Counted from the stretch's first letter, positions 20,270 through 32,540 are shown. The stretch: 64,000 nt of DNA from Nitrospinales bacterium (GCA_965223795.1 CBDCXL010000002.1:1472001-1536000), one strand, 5' to 3'. Made by a program: numbers and translations. Notes: a model not told the origin generated them from the sequence alone.

Positions 20270-22606
20270 TCAAAGCTCCTGAGCTTTTTTCCTACGCACT
20301 TCCGGATCCACGCGCCTGAGGACGCCCCGCAGCCCCCGCACAACGAAACCGCGCATCGCCCCGGAATCGCCGCTGTCTTTTTTGAGATAACGTTCCAGAT
20401 CCTTGTAGTAACTCTCCACTTTGTAATCGAATTTATTCAGAACCACACCGATCACCTCGGGCCAGGAAGAGTGGCGCGCGAAAGCGGTTTCACTCTCACC
20501 CGCCTTTTTAGCCAGGACGCCTGCAAGGCCCAGCTTTTGTCCGGGCACCAGCTGCTTCAGCGTCCGGTCGATGATGTTTTTGGAATGCCGGCCCGACTCC
20601 AGAACAAAGATCACCCCGTCGCAGCTGCGCGCGACCATGGAAGCGTCCGCGAAATAAATGGCGGGCGGTGCGTCCACCAGGATGACATCGAAATTAATCC
20701 TCAATTCCCCCACCAGCTCTTCGAATCTCTCGTCATTGAGGGTTTCTCCAGGCTGCTCGAGATAGTTGCCGCGGCTGACGATGTACAGATGCTTCACCTG
20801 CGTTTCCTTGACCACCTCATGGACATCCCGGTCCTTGAGAATATAATCGCTGAGACCCGGCTCTCCGGGGCGGTTGGCGAAATGCGGCCCCTGGGTTTTC
20901 CTCAGATCCGTATCGAGGATCAACACCCGCTTGCCCATCTGCGCGAACGCCAGCGCCAGATTGGAAACCAGGGTCGTCTTGCCTTCTTCGGGCGAGGAAC
21001 TGGTGACCAGAAAAACTTTCTTTTCGGACTCCTTGGAGGCGAACATCAGCTTGGTGCGGATGAGGCGGATCTCTTCGGCGAACTGCGAATCGGGATCCTT
21101 CAACACCGGGAAGCGGCTTTTTGCCGTGTCGAACCGGCTGGCGACCCCCAGCAGGGGAAACGGAATCTGGTCTTCCACTTCCTCGATGGAACTGATTTTC
21201 GAGTTGGTGGATTCGCGGTAAAAGCAGACCACCCCGCCGAAAAAGAGCCCGCCGAACAAGGCCAGTATGAGGTTTTGCGCGGTCTTCGGCCGGGCAGGCT
21301 GGGTCGGCACTTCCGCAGGATAGACGATGCGGACATTGGTCTCCTTGAACTGGGACACCACGCCGACCTCGTCCAGCCGATGAATGAGAGACTCGAACAG
21401 CTTGCCGTTGCTCTCCGCCTCCCGCTTCAGCACGTTCAACTGAACCGAGTTTTTATCCAGCTTGACCAGAAAGGCCTTCTGCGAACGGATCGCGGAATCG
21501 ACCGAACGCTCCTGCGATTGCAGCGCCTGATACCGGATCTTGAGCCCCCGGATCAACTGGTCCACCTCAAGCGCCAGACGCTCTTCCAGCACTTTGATCT
21601 TCCTGCCGTTTTCGACCATGGAAGGGTGGATGGGCCGGAACTTCTTTCTCATTTCGGATCGCTCATTCAACAGCTGGGCGTAGTCCCGGGTCATCTCCCG
21701 CAAGATTTCGTTCTTGATCTTATCCGGCAGGGACTGCGCGATGCGCAACGGGTCGTTCTTCATTTTCCGGAGCTGCTCGAGGATTCCGTTCAACTGCTCT
21801 TTTTCCGCCTTGACGGTGGCTTTGTTCTTTATGAACTGATTCAGCTTTTCGGTGGCGATTTCCCGTTTCGTTTCGAACTCGCGGATTTCATTCTTGATCT
21901 TGAACGCCTCGATTTTCTTCTCGGAATCCTCCACTCTCTTGCGGGAATCCTTGGCCTGCTCGGAGAGCCAGACCTTGGCCTCCATCTCGATGGAACTCCT
22001 GAGAAACTGATTCTTCTCGATGTACAGTTCGGAGATGGTGTTGGCGATGTTCGCGACCTTGTCCGGCGAGTATCCTTCAAAGCTCACGTTCACCAGGCGG
22101 CTGTTGATGATGGGATTCACCTTGAGCTTTTCCAGAAACGCGTCGATCAGCGGCGTGTAGGGGTCCTTGCTCGAAGGAATGGCCGGCTGCGCGCCGGACA
22201 GTCCCAGAGCCGCAAAGACGGATTTGACCGCGCGCTTCACCCAGGCCATCGGGCTCACTCCGGGCTTTCCGAGCAGCTCCTCGCTTTCTTCCAGCTTGAG
22301 CTTTTTGATCACCTGCTTGATCAGGTCCCGGTCCTTCAACAGCTCGTACTGCGTTTTATAAAAATCCGAATTGTGGTTGTCCCAAACGACGATTTCCTGC
22401 ACGGAAAGGGGCTTGGGCGCTTTTCGTTCGATCAACAGCTGGGTGGTGGCGACATAGACCTTCGGCGACCGCATCGAATGGAATGCGGCAAAAATCACGG
22501 CGATCGCCACAAAAAAGAACAGGGTCTTTTTTCTTTTTAAAAATATGCGGGTGTAGTCGCGCAGTTTTTTCTCTTCGGTCAACGTGATGGGACTTAAACT
22601 TTTCAT
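20270..22606 (-). CDS. wzc: Polysaccharide co-polymerase / tyrosine autokinase
   Basis: Two TM segments flanking a coiled coil; Walker A SSSPEEGKTT, ILDTDLR, VILVDAPP. Confidence 0.9.
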   Translation of the reverse strand: MKSLSPITLTEEKKLRDYTRIFLKRKKTLFFFVAIAVIFAAFHSMRSPKVYVATTQLLIERKAPKPLSVQEIVVWDNHNSDFYKTQYELLKDRDLIKQVIKKLKLEESEELLGKPGVSPMAWVKRAVKSVFAALGLSGAQPAIPSSKDPYTPLIDAFLEKLKVNPIINSRLVNVSFEGYSPDKVANIANTISELYIEKNQFLRSSIEMEAKVWLSEQAKDSRKRVEDSEKKIEAFKIKNEIREFETKREIATEKLNQFIKNKATVKAEKEQLNGILEQLRKMKNDPLRIAQSLPDKIKNEILREMTRDYAQLLNERSEMRKKFRPIHPSMVENGRKIKVLEERLALEVDQLIRGLKIRYQALQSQERSVDSAIRSQKAFLVKLDKNSVQLNVLKREAESNGKLFESLIHRLDEVGVVSQFKETNVRIVYPAEVPTQPARPKTAQNLILALFGGLFFGGVVCFYRESTNSKISSIEEVEDQIPFPLLGVASRFDTAKSRFPVLKDPDSQFAEEIRLIRTKLMFASKESEKKVFLVTSSSPEEGKTTLVSNLALAFAQMGKRVLILDTDLRKTQGPHFANRPGEPGLSDYILKDRDVHEVVKETQVKHLYIVSRGNYLEQPGETLNDERFEELVGELRINFDVILVDAPPAIYFADASMVARSCDGVIFVLESGRHSKNIIDRTLKQLVPGQKLGLAGVLAKKAGESETAFARHSSWPEVIGVVLNKFDYKVESYYKDLERYLKKDSGDSGAMRGFVVRGLRGVLRRVDPEVRRKKAQEL

Positions 22607-22749
22607 GGGCTCTTTCGTGTCTGAGGAGTTGGCGTGGAAAGCCGAAACACCCGCCCGGCTTTTGGTGACCACAATCAAAGTGAATGAGGCTGTTTTGCCG
22701 CTTTTACGGTGTCACTCAAGCAATGCCTCTGAACCTGTTGATTTCAAAG

Positions 22750-22766
22750 AGCAAACATCATGCCGA
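22750..22766 (-). promoter_or_regulatory. Sigma-54 (-24/-12) promoter of the wzc operon
   Basis: Minus strand TCGGCATGATGTTTGCT = GG-N10-GC; IHF consensus AATCAAGGCATTG about 60 bp upstream. Confidence 0.7.
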
Positions 22767-23321
22767 CCGGGTTTTCCAACAAACAAAACGAGTTACGCGG
22801 TTCCGCGCGCCAACAAACCATCCAATGCCTTGATTTTTGACGCCTTGGCGTCATAAAACCCAACTGTGAAAATGTGATCCTAATGAGAGTCTTTTTCAGT
22901 TTAGCGGAGAGGAATTAGCCCCAAACGGCTCGATGAAAATCTGTGCCGGGCGGCTTCGGGGTTTCCGGTCGATTCAGCCTCAAACGAATGGGAAATCTTA
23001 TTAGTGAAAAGTAAAAAGAGAACGTAACTGCCAAAGAAAAGCTCAAAAGGAGGGAGGAGGGGAAGGCCTGATGGAAAAAGGGTCCGGCACCATTATTCAG
23101 CAGACGGACGGCGATCGCGGCTCATTCGATTCTTTGGAAATCTATTCTTTATCAAACAGGGACGCCTTCCATGAAGGGATCAGTCAAAATCCCGACGCCT
23201 GAAATGTTCTTTGATCAGGTTCCGAATCATACAAAAATGATCAATGGGTTTGAGCTCTTCCTTATAGACAGAGCGGACTTCAACCCTGCTCTTGTTGCAA
23301 GCATCCGGCAAGGATCACAGC

Positions 23322-23338
23322 AAGGCATCAAACTTGCT
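23322..23338 (+). promoter_or_regulatory. Sigma-54 (-24/-12) promoter
   Basis: AAGGCATCAAACTTGCT = GG-N10-GC, about 50 bp before the ATG at 23390. Confidence 0.55.
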
Positions 23339-23389
23339 CTCTATCTTCGGTGACGTTTTGATCGATCACGGATTTTGGAGACTGGATTT

Positions 23390-24121
23390 ATGGATAAAGT
23401 GCGATCCTGTTCAAACCTGCAACTGGATTTGTTCGGAGACCGAAAAATCTGGGCCTTTCTGCTGGAAAAGCTGGGAGCGTCTGTGGTCTCCAAAAACCGG
23501 CCGTCCGCGGTGTTCCGGCCGTATCAACACAATGCCGATTTCAACCGCCTGAGTGAGACGGAAGACCTGGAAACGCAGGCACGGGCCTCGTTTCCCGAAT
23601 TACGTCAACTGGACCTGTTCCCGGATGCACCGCAACAATTAAGCGGCCGCAGCACTCTGTCTGAAAACCGCAGCGCGCAAACGCATCCGCAATCCCGCTT
23701 TCGAGGACCGAGCCTGCGGCGGTGCCTTCTCGACAAAGCGGATTTTTTCGCGGCGGATCTATACCTGTACGATTTTGAGTCGGCGCGCTTAAGGCAGGCC
23801 AATTTCAAACACGCGCATCTTGAACGGACGAATCTGAAGGGTGCGGATCTGACCAGGGCGGATCTTGAAGGAGCGGACTGCCGGAGAGCGGATTTTCAGG
23901 ACACGGTTTTGAAAAAGGCGAACCTGTGTGGAGCCGACCTGCGCGCGTCGAGAAACCTGACGGTCAAACAGATCCGTTCCGCGAAGATCGACAGCAACAC
24001 CCGGCTTCCGTACCGCTTCATCATCGAATGGCTTTCGCCTAACCGGTACAAACTGGATACGGCGTCCGGCGTTCGCGACGATTTTATCTGGGATGACATC
24101 CGTTCCTTAAAATACGATTGA
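23390..24121 (+). CDS. Pentapeptide repeat protein
   Basis: C-terminal ANFKHAHLERTNLKGADLTRADLEGAD repeats; GGAG RBS. Confidence 0.85.
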   Translation: MDKVRSCSNLQLDLFGDRKIWAFLLEKLGASVVSKNRPSAVFRPYQHNADFNRLSETEDLETQARASFPELRQLDLFPDAPQQLSGRSTLSENRSAQTHPQSRFRGPSLRRCLLDKADFFAADLYLYDFESARLRQANFKHAHLERTNLKGADLTRADLEGADCRRADFQDTVLKKANLCGADLRASRNLTVKQIRSAKIDSNTRLPYRFIIEWLSPNRYKLDTASGVRDDFIWDDIRSLKYD

Positions 24122-24150
24122 CCGTTTCCAGCCCGGTCTCAATTCAAACG

Positions 24151-24194
24151 AAAAAGAAAAAGCCTGATGGGGATTCCATCAGGCTTTTCTTTTT
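24151..24194. terminator. Bidirectional rho-independent terminator
   Basis: AAAAGCCTGATGG-ggatt-CCATCAGGCTTTT with A/T tracts, between convergent genes. Confidence 0.85.
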
Positions 24195-24252
24195 GGGTGC
24201 CGCTATTTTTTTTTGCGACGCGGCCCTCATGCCCATGAGAGCCTGGACTCAA

Positions 24253-24933
24253 TCAGTCCGGCGTCCCGTTCACACACACGGCATACGCGATGACCTTGGT
24301 GTTTTTGGGCTTGCCCGTCAAATCGACCACATGCACTTTCCAGGTGCGGAACCCGGAGGGGAAATTTTGCAGTCCCACCACCGGCGGTTCGGAAAGCGGT
24401 GAGTTGGCCTTATGGATGAAGCCGCCGCCTGTGACCACTTTTCCGGCCGGGCAGTTCACGAAAATCGAGGCATTGTCGACCAGCACCTCATTCGTATGGA
24501 TGCTCTGCCCCAATGCTCCGGCTGGACCGGGAGGGCCAGGAGGACCCGGCGGGCCGGGAGGTCCGACCAGAGGATCGAATCCGAAGAAGACCACAAATTC
24601 CGAACGTCCGTTGTCATTTTTAAGCACAATCAGATGCGCTCCCGGCAGCAGGCCCGGCGGCAGGCCGTCGACGATCACCTGATTTCCGTCCAGGTCTTTC
24701 TCACGCACATTCAACACCGCGTTTCCAATCAGTACTTCCGGGTCATCTCCGTGAACGTGCAGCCGCTCTCCAAACAGCTCCAACACCAGAACCGGCCCCG
24801 GTGGCGGGGTTTCTCCGAAAGCCCCGAACAGAATCACCGGCTTCACACCGTCTCCGTGGGCGTGAACGGTCGCGCCTTTCAGAATAAAAAGCGACAAAAT
24901 CAAACCGAGACAAACGCCTATCCTTTTCATCAT
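24253..24933 (-). CDS. Secreted protein with a short collagen-like (GPP)4 segment
   Basis: Signal peptide; GPPGPPGPPGPPGPAG; C-terminal CPAGKVVTGGG...YAVC domain. Confidence 0.75.
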   Translation of the reverse strand: MMKRIGVCLGLILSLFILKGATVHAHGDGVKPVILFGAFGETPPPGPVLVLELFGERLHVHGDDPEVLIGNAVLNVREKDLDGNQVIVDGLPPGLLPGAHLIVLKNDNGRSEFVVFFGFDPLVGPPGPPGPPGPPGPAGALGQSIHTNEVLVDNASIFVNCPAGKVVTGGGFIHKANSPLSEPPVVGLQNFPSGFRTWKVHVVDLTGKPKNTKVIAYAVCVNGTPD

Positions 24934-25281
24934 TCTCCCCTTTTTTTAATAGAAGTTACTTTTCCGGCACTCAATGATTTCTTTAATAATAATCGGTTAA
25001 ATAGTGGAAAAACTTATCGACTTTCTAGACTATTTTTGCGGGGAGAAAACTCGAACTCCGGGAAGGTGTTTTATACAAAGCGTTTCACGGATTGATTTTT
25101 TTTGGATCGCAAGCGGATAAAAAATTAATCATTAAATTCACATAAAATATTTTACTCAAGCGAAAATTATTTAAATTTATTTTGAATTTAATTTTATAGA
25201 AAGGAATGAACAGCGAGGATGGACCGGCGGGATTCAGCGATCCCGCTTTGGGGAACAACGTGTTTTATAAGGAAAGCAAGT

Positions 25282-26676
25282 TCAACAGGGTCCCCAGGAA
25301 GCTTTCTCATCGCCGTTGGATTTCAGGCACTGGCCTTTTTCTCCCATGCCGAAGCCCATGTTCATCTCATCCGCACGCATCCGGCTTTTTTTTCCCTGCG
25401 CGTCGCGGTACACGTTGCCCCAGCGATGGACCCGCTTGTCGCTGCCGGCGACGGGCGATGTTTCCACCGACCCTGCCTTGGGAAATTCGTTGCCCCACAG
25501 ATGCACCACCGCATCCGCCGTGTGCACTTTGATTTTCATCTGGCTTTCTGTGTGCGAATTGAACTCGTTGCCCCAGATGTTGAACGGGCCTTTGGTGCCG
25601 AGCCAGATGATTTCGCCCTGGGGCGGGATGTGGTTGCGGTCTGCATGAACGCGGTTGCCGTGAATGTTGACGGTGAAACCGACGCCGGAATAGCCTTTCG
25701 GGCCGATGCGGGCGAACCGCCCGGAGTTTTCCGCGAGCACTCCGGAAATGGTGGTGACGTCGTTGGGATTCATGATCCAGAAATCGATGATGTTGCGGAA
25801 CGCGACGCCGTGGACGATGCGAAACGAGCCGCCGTTTCCCGGCTGGCCGCCGCCTTTCGCCAGGGAGGTGGTCACGCAATACGGGCCCGCGGTCTTTTCA
25901 TCGCCTTTGGACCAGTCGAATTTCAAAAAATGCCGTTCATTGCCGCCGCAGTGCAGGTTTTCGATCAGATGCCACTTCGACTGGCTGTGTTCAAACGACA
26001 ATGCGGCGGTCTTATAATTGGTGCACTCGATGTCCTCGAAATGGTGCAGGTCGTTGTTGGCGTCGGGTCCCCGTCCCCCGGGCTTGAGCCGCATGCCGCC
26101 GGTGTCGCCGTCCACCGTGCGAAAGCATTTTGCGATGTGGCCGTTGGACCTGCCTTCCATGCGGATGCGGGAAAACCGGCCTTCCCGGATCGTGTGCCCG
26201 GCCTTGGTCTCCAGTTGAACCACCACATCGATCGGGCGGTCGGCGGTGACGCTGAAATCGTGCAGGTGAACGAATTTGGTGCCGCGCAGGCGGAACATGG
26301 GTTTTCCCGGCTCACCGCGCCAGATGAACTGGCAGCCGCCGGTGCCGCCGACGTTGGTGGAGCTGTTGGTGTCGCCGCCGAACGAGAACGGCGGATTTTG
26401 CGCCGGCCAGCCGTCGAACAGCAGGGTGTCGCGGATCGGGTAGCGGCCGTCCGGACACACGATGGCGCCGCTTTTGTTGGTCGCCACCATCCTGTTGATG
26501 GTCTGCTGCACGCAGGCGGTCGCATCCTGGGACCCGTTGTTGGGGCATTGCATTGTGATGGGACCTGTGGGACTCGCCGCGGCGCTTTTTTGAACAGACG
26601 GAGCCGCGCCTGCGGGAACGGTGAAAAAACCGTACAGGGCAATCGCAAGCAGATGAAATGGAAGAAACCGCCGCAT
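25282..26676 (-). CDS. Secreted probable right-handed beta-helix (pectate-lyase-3-like) protein
   Basis: Signal peptide; DATACVQQTIN...IVCPDGRYPIRDTL N-terminal motif; repeated xxGNxF strands. Confidence 0.6.
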   Translation of the reverse strand: MRRFLPFHLLAIALYGFFTVPAGAAPSVQKSAAASPTGPITMQCPNNGSQDATACVQQTINRMVATNKSGAIVCPDGRYPIRDTLLFDGWPAQNPPFSFGGDTNSSTNVGGTGGCQFIWRGEPGKPMFRLRGTKFVHLHDFSVTADRPIDVVVQLETKAGHTIREGRFSRIRMEGRSNGHIAKCFRTVDGDTGGMRLKPGGRGPDANNDLHHFEDIECTNYKTAALSFEHSQSKWHLIENLHCGGNERHFLKFDWSKGDEKTAGPYCVTTSLAKGGGQPGNGGSFRIVHGVAFRNIIDFWIMNPNDVTTISGVLAENSGRFARIGPKGYSGVGFTVNIHGNRVHADRNHIPPQGEIIWLGTKGPFNIWGNEFNSHTESQMKIKVHTADAVVHLWGNEFPKAGSVETSPVAGSDKRVHRWGNVYRDAQGKKSRMRADEMNMGFGMGEKGQCLKSNGDEKASWGPC

Positions 26677-26886
26677 GAAAGTCAAAACAGATGAAAGCAA
26701 TGGGAGCTGAGCACTGCTCCCTAACATAAAAGAGGTGTGCGTGAAGAAACAACTTTTTTAAAACGCAGCATTGTTTTTTAGGGAGGGACGGAATTGCGGG
26801 CGGGCGTCTTCTCGATCACTCTCACCCAAAAAGGAGATCGGGGCAGCAGTTGTTTCACACCAAGGCAGCGTTTTCGATCGAACCAA

Positions 26887-28839
26887 TCAAGGTGCAACGG
26901 CTTGCGCAGCCGGATACACGGAAGACACCGGAGTCCAGTCTTCAGCCGAAAAGGGATGCACGGTGACTTTACCCAGCGGCCGGCCGTGGCGGAACAGCTG
27001 CGCCCGGATTTCTCCGGCTCCAGCCAATGAAATCTGTCCTTCATAAAGGAAAGAGTCGGCTTTGGGCGGGCTGCCGTTCCAGGTGAAGCGGATCTCACTG
27101 TCTTTCACACGGCTTGCGAGATCGAGAGTGAGTCCACTGCCGCTTTGGTTGAGTGCGATGTCCACGTCGTACAGGCTGCGCGCGACTTTGATGCCGGTTT
27201 TTTCCAGCCGCGGCAGATGCGCGTCCAGCCGGTGAACGAAACCGTGCCAGTCTCTCTTTTTGCGGGGCGACCAGATCACCTCGGCGAGCGCCAGTACGCG
27301 GGGGTAGGCCATGTAGTCCACGGCGGCGCCGGTCTTCATGTATTCGGTCCAGATCTGCCCCTGGGCGCCCAATACCCGGGTGCGCTCTTGCTCTGACAGC
27401 GCGTCCGGAACGGGCTCGAACGCGTAGACTTTCTCGAGCGGCGTGTAACCTCCGATCGCAAGCGGCTCGCCCGGCGCCTGCGACTGATAATAATCGAAAT
27501 ACGTATGGCTGGAGGGCGCCATCACCACGTCGTGTCCGGCCCTCGCGGCGGTGATGCCGCCCCCCATACCGCGCCACGACATGACCGTGGCGTTGGGTGC
27601 GAGGCCGCCTTCCATGATTTCGTCCCAGCCGATGATCTTGCGTCCGCGCGCGTTCACGAACTTTTCGATGCGTTCGATGAAGTAGCTTTGCAGCTGATGT
27701 TCGTCGCGCAGGCCTTCGCGCTCAATGACCGCCTGGGCGGCGTGCGCCGCCCATCGGTCCTTCGGCGCTTCGTCACCACCGATGTGGATGTAGGGACCGG
27801 GAAACAGGTGCATGACCTCGGTGAGCACATCCTCCAGAAAGCGGAACGTCTCTTCATGCGGGCAGTAGATGTCCTGGTGCACGCCCCATATCTTCGAGAC
27901 GCTCAATGTTTCGCCGGTGCAGGCGAGTTGCGGGTAGGCGGCGAGCGCGGCCGTCGAATGTCCCGGCATCTCGATTTCCGGAATGACCGTCACGTGCCGG
28001 GCGGCGGCGTAACGCACGATCTCGCGGATTTCCTCCTGCGTGTAATGACCGCCGTGCGGGGTGCCGTCGTAGCGGAGAGGATTGTCGGTGATCAGTCCGA
28101 CCATGGTTTCGCTGCGCACACTGCCGATTTCGGTCAGGCGCGGGTATTTTTTGATTTCAATCCGCCAGCCCTGGTCGTCCGTCAGATGCCAGTGAAAACG
28201 GTTGAATTTGTATTGCGCCATCCGGTCGATGAATCGTTTGACGTATTCAGGCGGCATGAAATGCCGCGCCACGTCGAGCATGAGGCCGCGATAGGCAAAA
28301 CGCGGCTTGTCGTGGATGCGTATCTGCAAGATCGAGTCGCCCTCTTCCGGCATCAGCTGCCTTAACGTCTGCAGGCCGTAAAACACACCGGCCGGACTTT
28401 CTCCGCGCAGCGTGATGCGGTCGCGGCTCACTTCCAGTTGATATCCTTCCGCCCCCAATCCGGTATCCGCGATTTGCAAGTGCAGGTTTCCCCGCAGGCC
28501 CGCCAAAAACGGCTTTAAGGATTCAAGCTCAGGATGACCGGCGTTCACGGTGAGTGTGCCGGGGAGCGCGCGTGTTTCTTTCTGCCACACAATCTGCATG
28601 GGCGCGGGTATGAGGACGGGAGTGGCGCTGCGGTTTGGTTGGATTTCTGTCTGCCGCGCGGCGGGCGGGTCGATCCGGTCCGCTTTGTCGAGCCGAACGG
28701 CGTTTCCGGCTAAAGACTCGGCGGCACCGATGTGTGCAAGGCAAACGACCAGTGCCGGAATCGTGAGGAATCTGCCTGGATGTGCAAAATGGTCTTTACC
28801 AGAGGAGAGAAGCCGACTCAACGACCTGTTCAGAGGCAT
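26887..28839 (-). CDS. Beta-N-acetylhexosaminidase (GH20)
   Basis: YRGLMLDVARHF, HWHLTDDQGWR, PEIEMPGH, catalytic HIGGDE. Confidence 0.95.
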   Translation of the reverse strand: MPLNRSLSRLLSSGKDHFAHPGRFLTIPALVVCLAHIGAAESLAGNAVRLDKADRIDPPAARQTEIQPNRSATPVLIPAPMQIVWQKETRALPGTLTVNAGHPELESLKPFLAGLRGNLHLQIADTGLGAEGYQLEVSRDRITLRGESPAGVFYGLQTLRQLMPEEGDSILQIRIHDKPRFAYRGLMLDVARHFMPPEYVKRFIDRMAQYKFNRFHWHLTDDQGWRIEIKKYPRLTEIGSVRSETMVGLITDNPLRYDGTPHGGHYTQEEIREIVRYAAARHVTVIPEIEMPGHSTAALAAYPQLACTGETLSVSKIWGVHQDIYCPHEETFRFLEDVLTEVMHLFPGPYIHIGGDEAPKDRWAAHAAQAVIEREGLRDEHQLQSYFIERIEKFVNARGRKIIGWDEIMEGGLAPNATVMSWRGMGGGITAARAGHDVVMAPSSHTYFDYYQSQAPGEPLAIGGYTPLEKVYAFEPVPDALSEQERTRVLGAQGQIWTEYMKTGAAVDYMAYPRVLALAEVIWSPRKKRDWHGFVHRLDAHLPRLEKTGIKVARSLYDVDIALNQSGSGLTLDLASRVKDSEIRFTWNGSPPKADSFLYEGQISLAGAGEIRAQLFRHGRPLGKVTVHPFSAEDWTPVSSVYPAAQAVAP

Positions 28840-29110
28840 GATCTTGAACCCTTTTGTGGCCGGTTAATAAGAGACTGCCTAGTTTGAGTTTTGCTTTGGG
28901 GAAACAAAGACCGGATCGACTACGGTGATCCGTCCGGACGGCGCCGGAATTACAGATTGCGGGGACAACGGGCTCTTTGGCCCATCCTTTCACTTGAGAC
29001 TCGATTCATAAAACTCAGCAAGCTGGCGCTCACCAAAGAAGCCGTATTGTAAAATAAAACAGTATGTTCTGTATATACCTCGATCAGACTATTTGACTCT
29101 GACAGACCGG

Positions 29111-30298
29111 TCATACTTTAAAAAAAATCCGTTTGTCGTGCATGATCTGCAACGGCAGGTAGACCAGTATGAGAAACACGAAGGCGAACAGGATCGATCC
29201 GTTGTATCCGCCAAAGAGCGGTTGAAACCAATTTTCGAACAGCCAGTCCTTCAGCGTTCCAACGCCGCCCATCTGCACCATGGAGAGGATACCCGCCAGC
29301 ACTCCCTGCAGAGTGTAAAAGGTGATGGCGTTCAAGCCGCACACGGCGAACGGCGCCGCCCACAACCTCCACGGCCTGCTTTTGAGCAGCACGATCAGTC
29401 CGGCCAGACTGACCGCCGCCAGCCCGGAAGATAAAAGAACAAACGTCGGCGTCCACAGCGTTTTGTTGATCGGCAAAACGGTATGCAGCAGCTGCCCGAT
29501 CACAGCGGCGGCGAGACCGGACGCGGCGAGCCTGCGCAGTTTGGTCGAGGGATGGATGTCCGGTCGCTGGAACCAGGTCGCCGCAAGCGCGCCGCTCAGA
29601 CAGGTGGCGATGGACGGCAGCGTGGACAACAGACCCTCCGGGTCGTAGACGAACGGCGTCGCCGTGTTGTAATAAACGTGGCTGGCTCCCAACAGCAAGG
29701 AATCCATGTAGGCGGGAAGGCTGTTGCCATGCTCCAGCAATCCCGAATACTGATTCGAATCCCCGTAGGAGGTGTGCAGGATCAACACCGAATAGCCGGC
29801 CAGCAAACCCATCAGCCACAAAACGCGGCCGCGCAGCTGAAAATTCAGAACCAGCAGGCTGGTGCACAGATAGACGATGGCGATGCGCTGCAGCACGCCC
29901 ATGATGCGCACGTTCGGCAGCATGTCGCTGAACCAGTTGTATCCGGCCTGGTAAAAATTGAAGTAAAAAAGATTGAGGAACAATCCCAGCGCGAACAGTT
30001 TTGCGCTGCGCACCACGATGTTTTTATAGAGCGCCGCGTTCACCGGACGCGGCCGGTTCTCCGGCTCCAGCGCCATGACAATGGACATGCCCACGATGAA
30101 TAAAAAGAACGGGAAAACCAGATCGGCCAGCGTCCAGCCATGCCAGTCGGCATGCAGCATGGGAGCGTACACGTAGCCCCAGCTGCCGGGGTTGTTGACC
30201 AGGATCATCGCCGCCACCATCAAGCCGCGAAACACGTCCACCGCGAGCAGACGGCCGGCCGGATACTGTCGATACAGGTTCAACAAATGCGTGTGCAT
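29111..30298 (-). CDS. NagX / heparan-alpha-glucosaminide N-acetyltransferase-like membrane protein
   Basis: DVFRG...MILVNNPG, HADWHG...DLVFPFFLFIVG, GVLQRI, DPEGLLS, PINKTLWT. Confidence 0.9.
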   Translation of the reverse strand: MHTHLLNLYRQYPAGRLLAVDVFRGLMVAAMILVNNPGSWGYVYAPMLHADWHGWTLADLVFPFFLFIVGMSIVMALEPENRPRPVNAALYKNIVVRSAKLFALGLFLNLFYFNFYQAGYNWFSDMLPNVRIMGVLQRIAIVYLCTSLLVLNFQLRGRVLWLMGLLAGYSVLILHTSYGDSNQYSGLLEHGNSLPAYMDSLLLGASHVYYNTATPFVYDPEGLLSTLPSIATCLSGALAATWFQRPDIHPSTKLRRLAASGLAAAVIGQLLHTVLPINKTLWTPTFVLLSSGLAAVSLAGLIVLLKSRPWRLWAAPFAVCGLNAITFYTLQGVLAGILSMVQMGGVGTLKDWLFENWFQPLFGGYNGSILFAFVFLILVYLPLQIMHDKRIFFKV

Positions 30299-30770
30299 GC
30301 TTTCCCGAAACAGGAAAAGGAGATCGATCGGCACGCGTGCGAGCAAGCATTGCGCTTGTGTGCCTGAGCTGTATTGAAATCAGCAGGGCCGGCTCAGAAG
30401 CGTCTGCTTCCAGGAGTTGCAAAATTCATTGAGCCGCCGTGTGATGAGAACGCGCTATGAGGAAATTCCCTGGGTCGATGCAGCGGGAATTTCAAATTCT
30501 AAAAACCGTTTTGTGAAAAACGATCGTTGACGTTCGCTTTGATGGGAAAAAATCTGGAAAATTTGCAGCGTGTCCGGAGAGATCTTTCTTTTTAGAAAGA
30601 GCGCATTACCTGCGCATTTAAAATTATATTGATTAAAATTTCAATATATTTTTAACAAATTTTATCACTGGTTTTGATTGAAGGATCATGCAGAACGCAT
30701 GCAGGCGAACCGTGAATGCAAGTCCGCGGCCTTAGAGCTGAGGGAAATCGCAGACGGGGGGCACGGCTCC

Positions 30771-32540
<1,770 letters not shown>

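Noticed and set aside
20471..22540. 689-aa + strand ORF and other long antisense ORFs (e.g. 12880-14169, 19114-20208, 25219-26694)
   Set aside because: Shadow frames opposite well-supported genes in GC-rich DNA, with no recognisable motifs
23171..23353. 60-aa ORF upstream of the second pentapeptide gene
   Set aside because: Overlaps the sigma-54 motif, has no clear RBS and has no recognisable features
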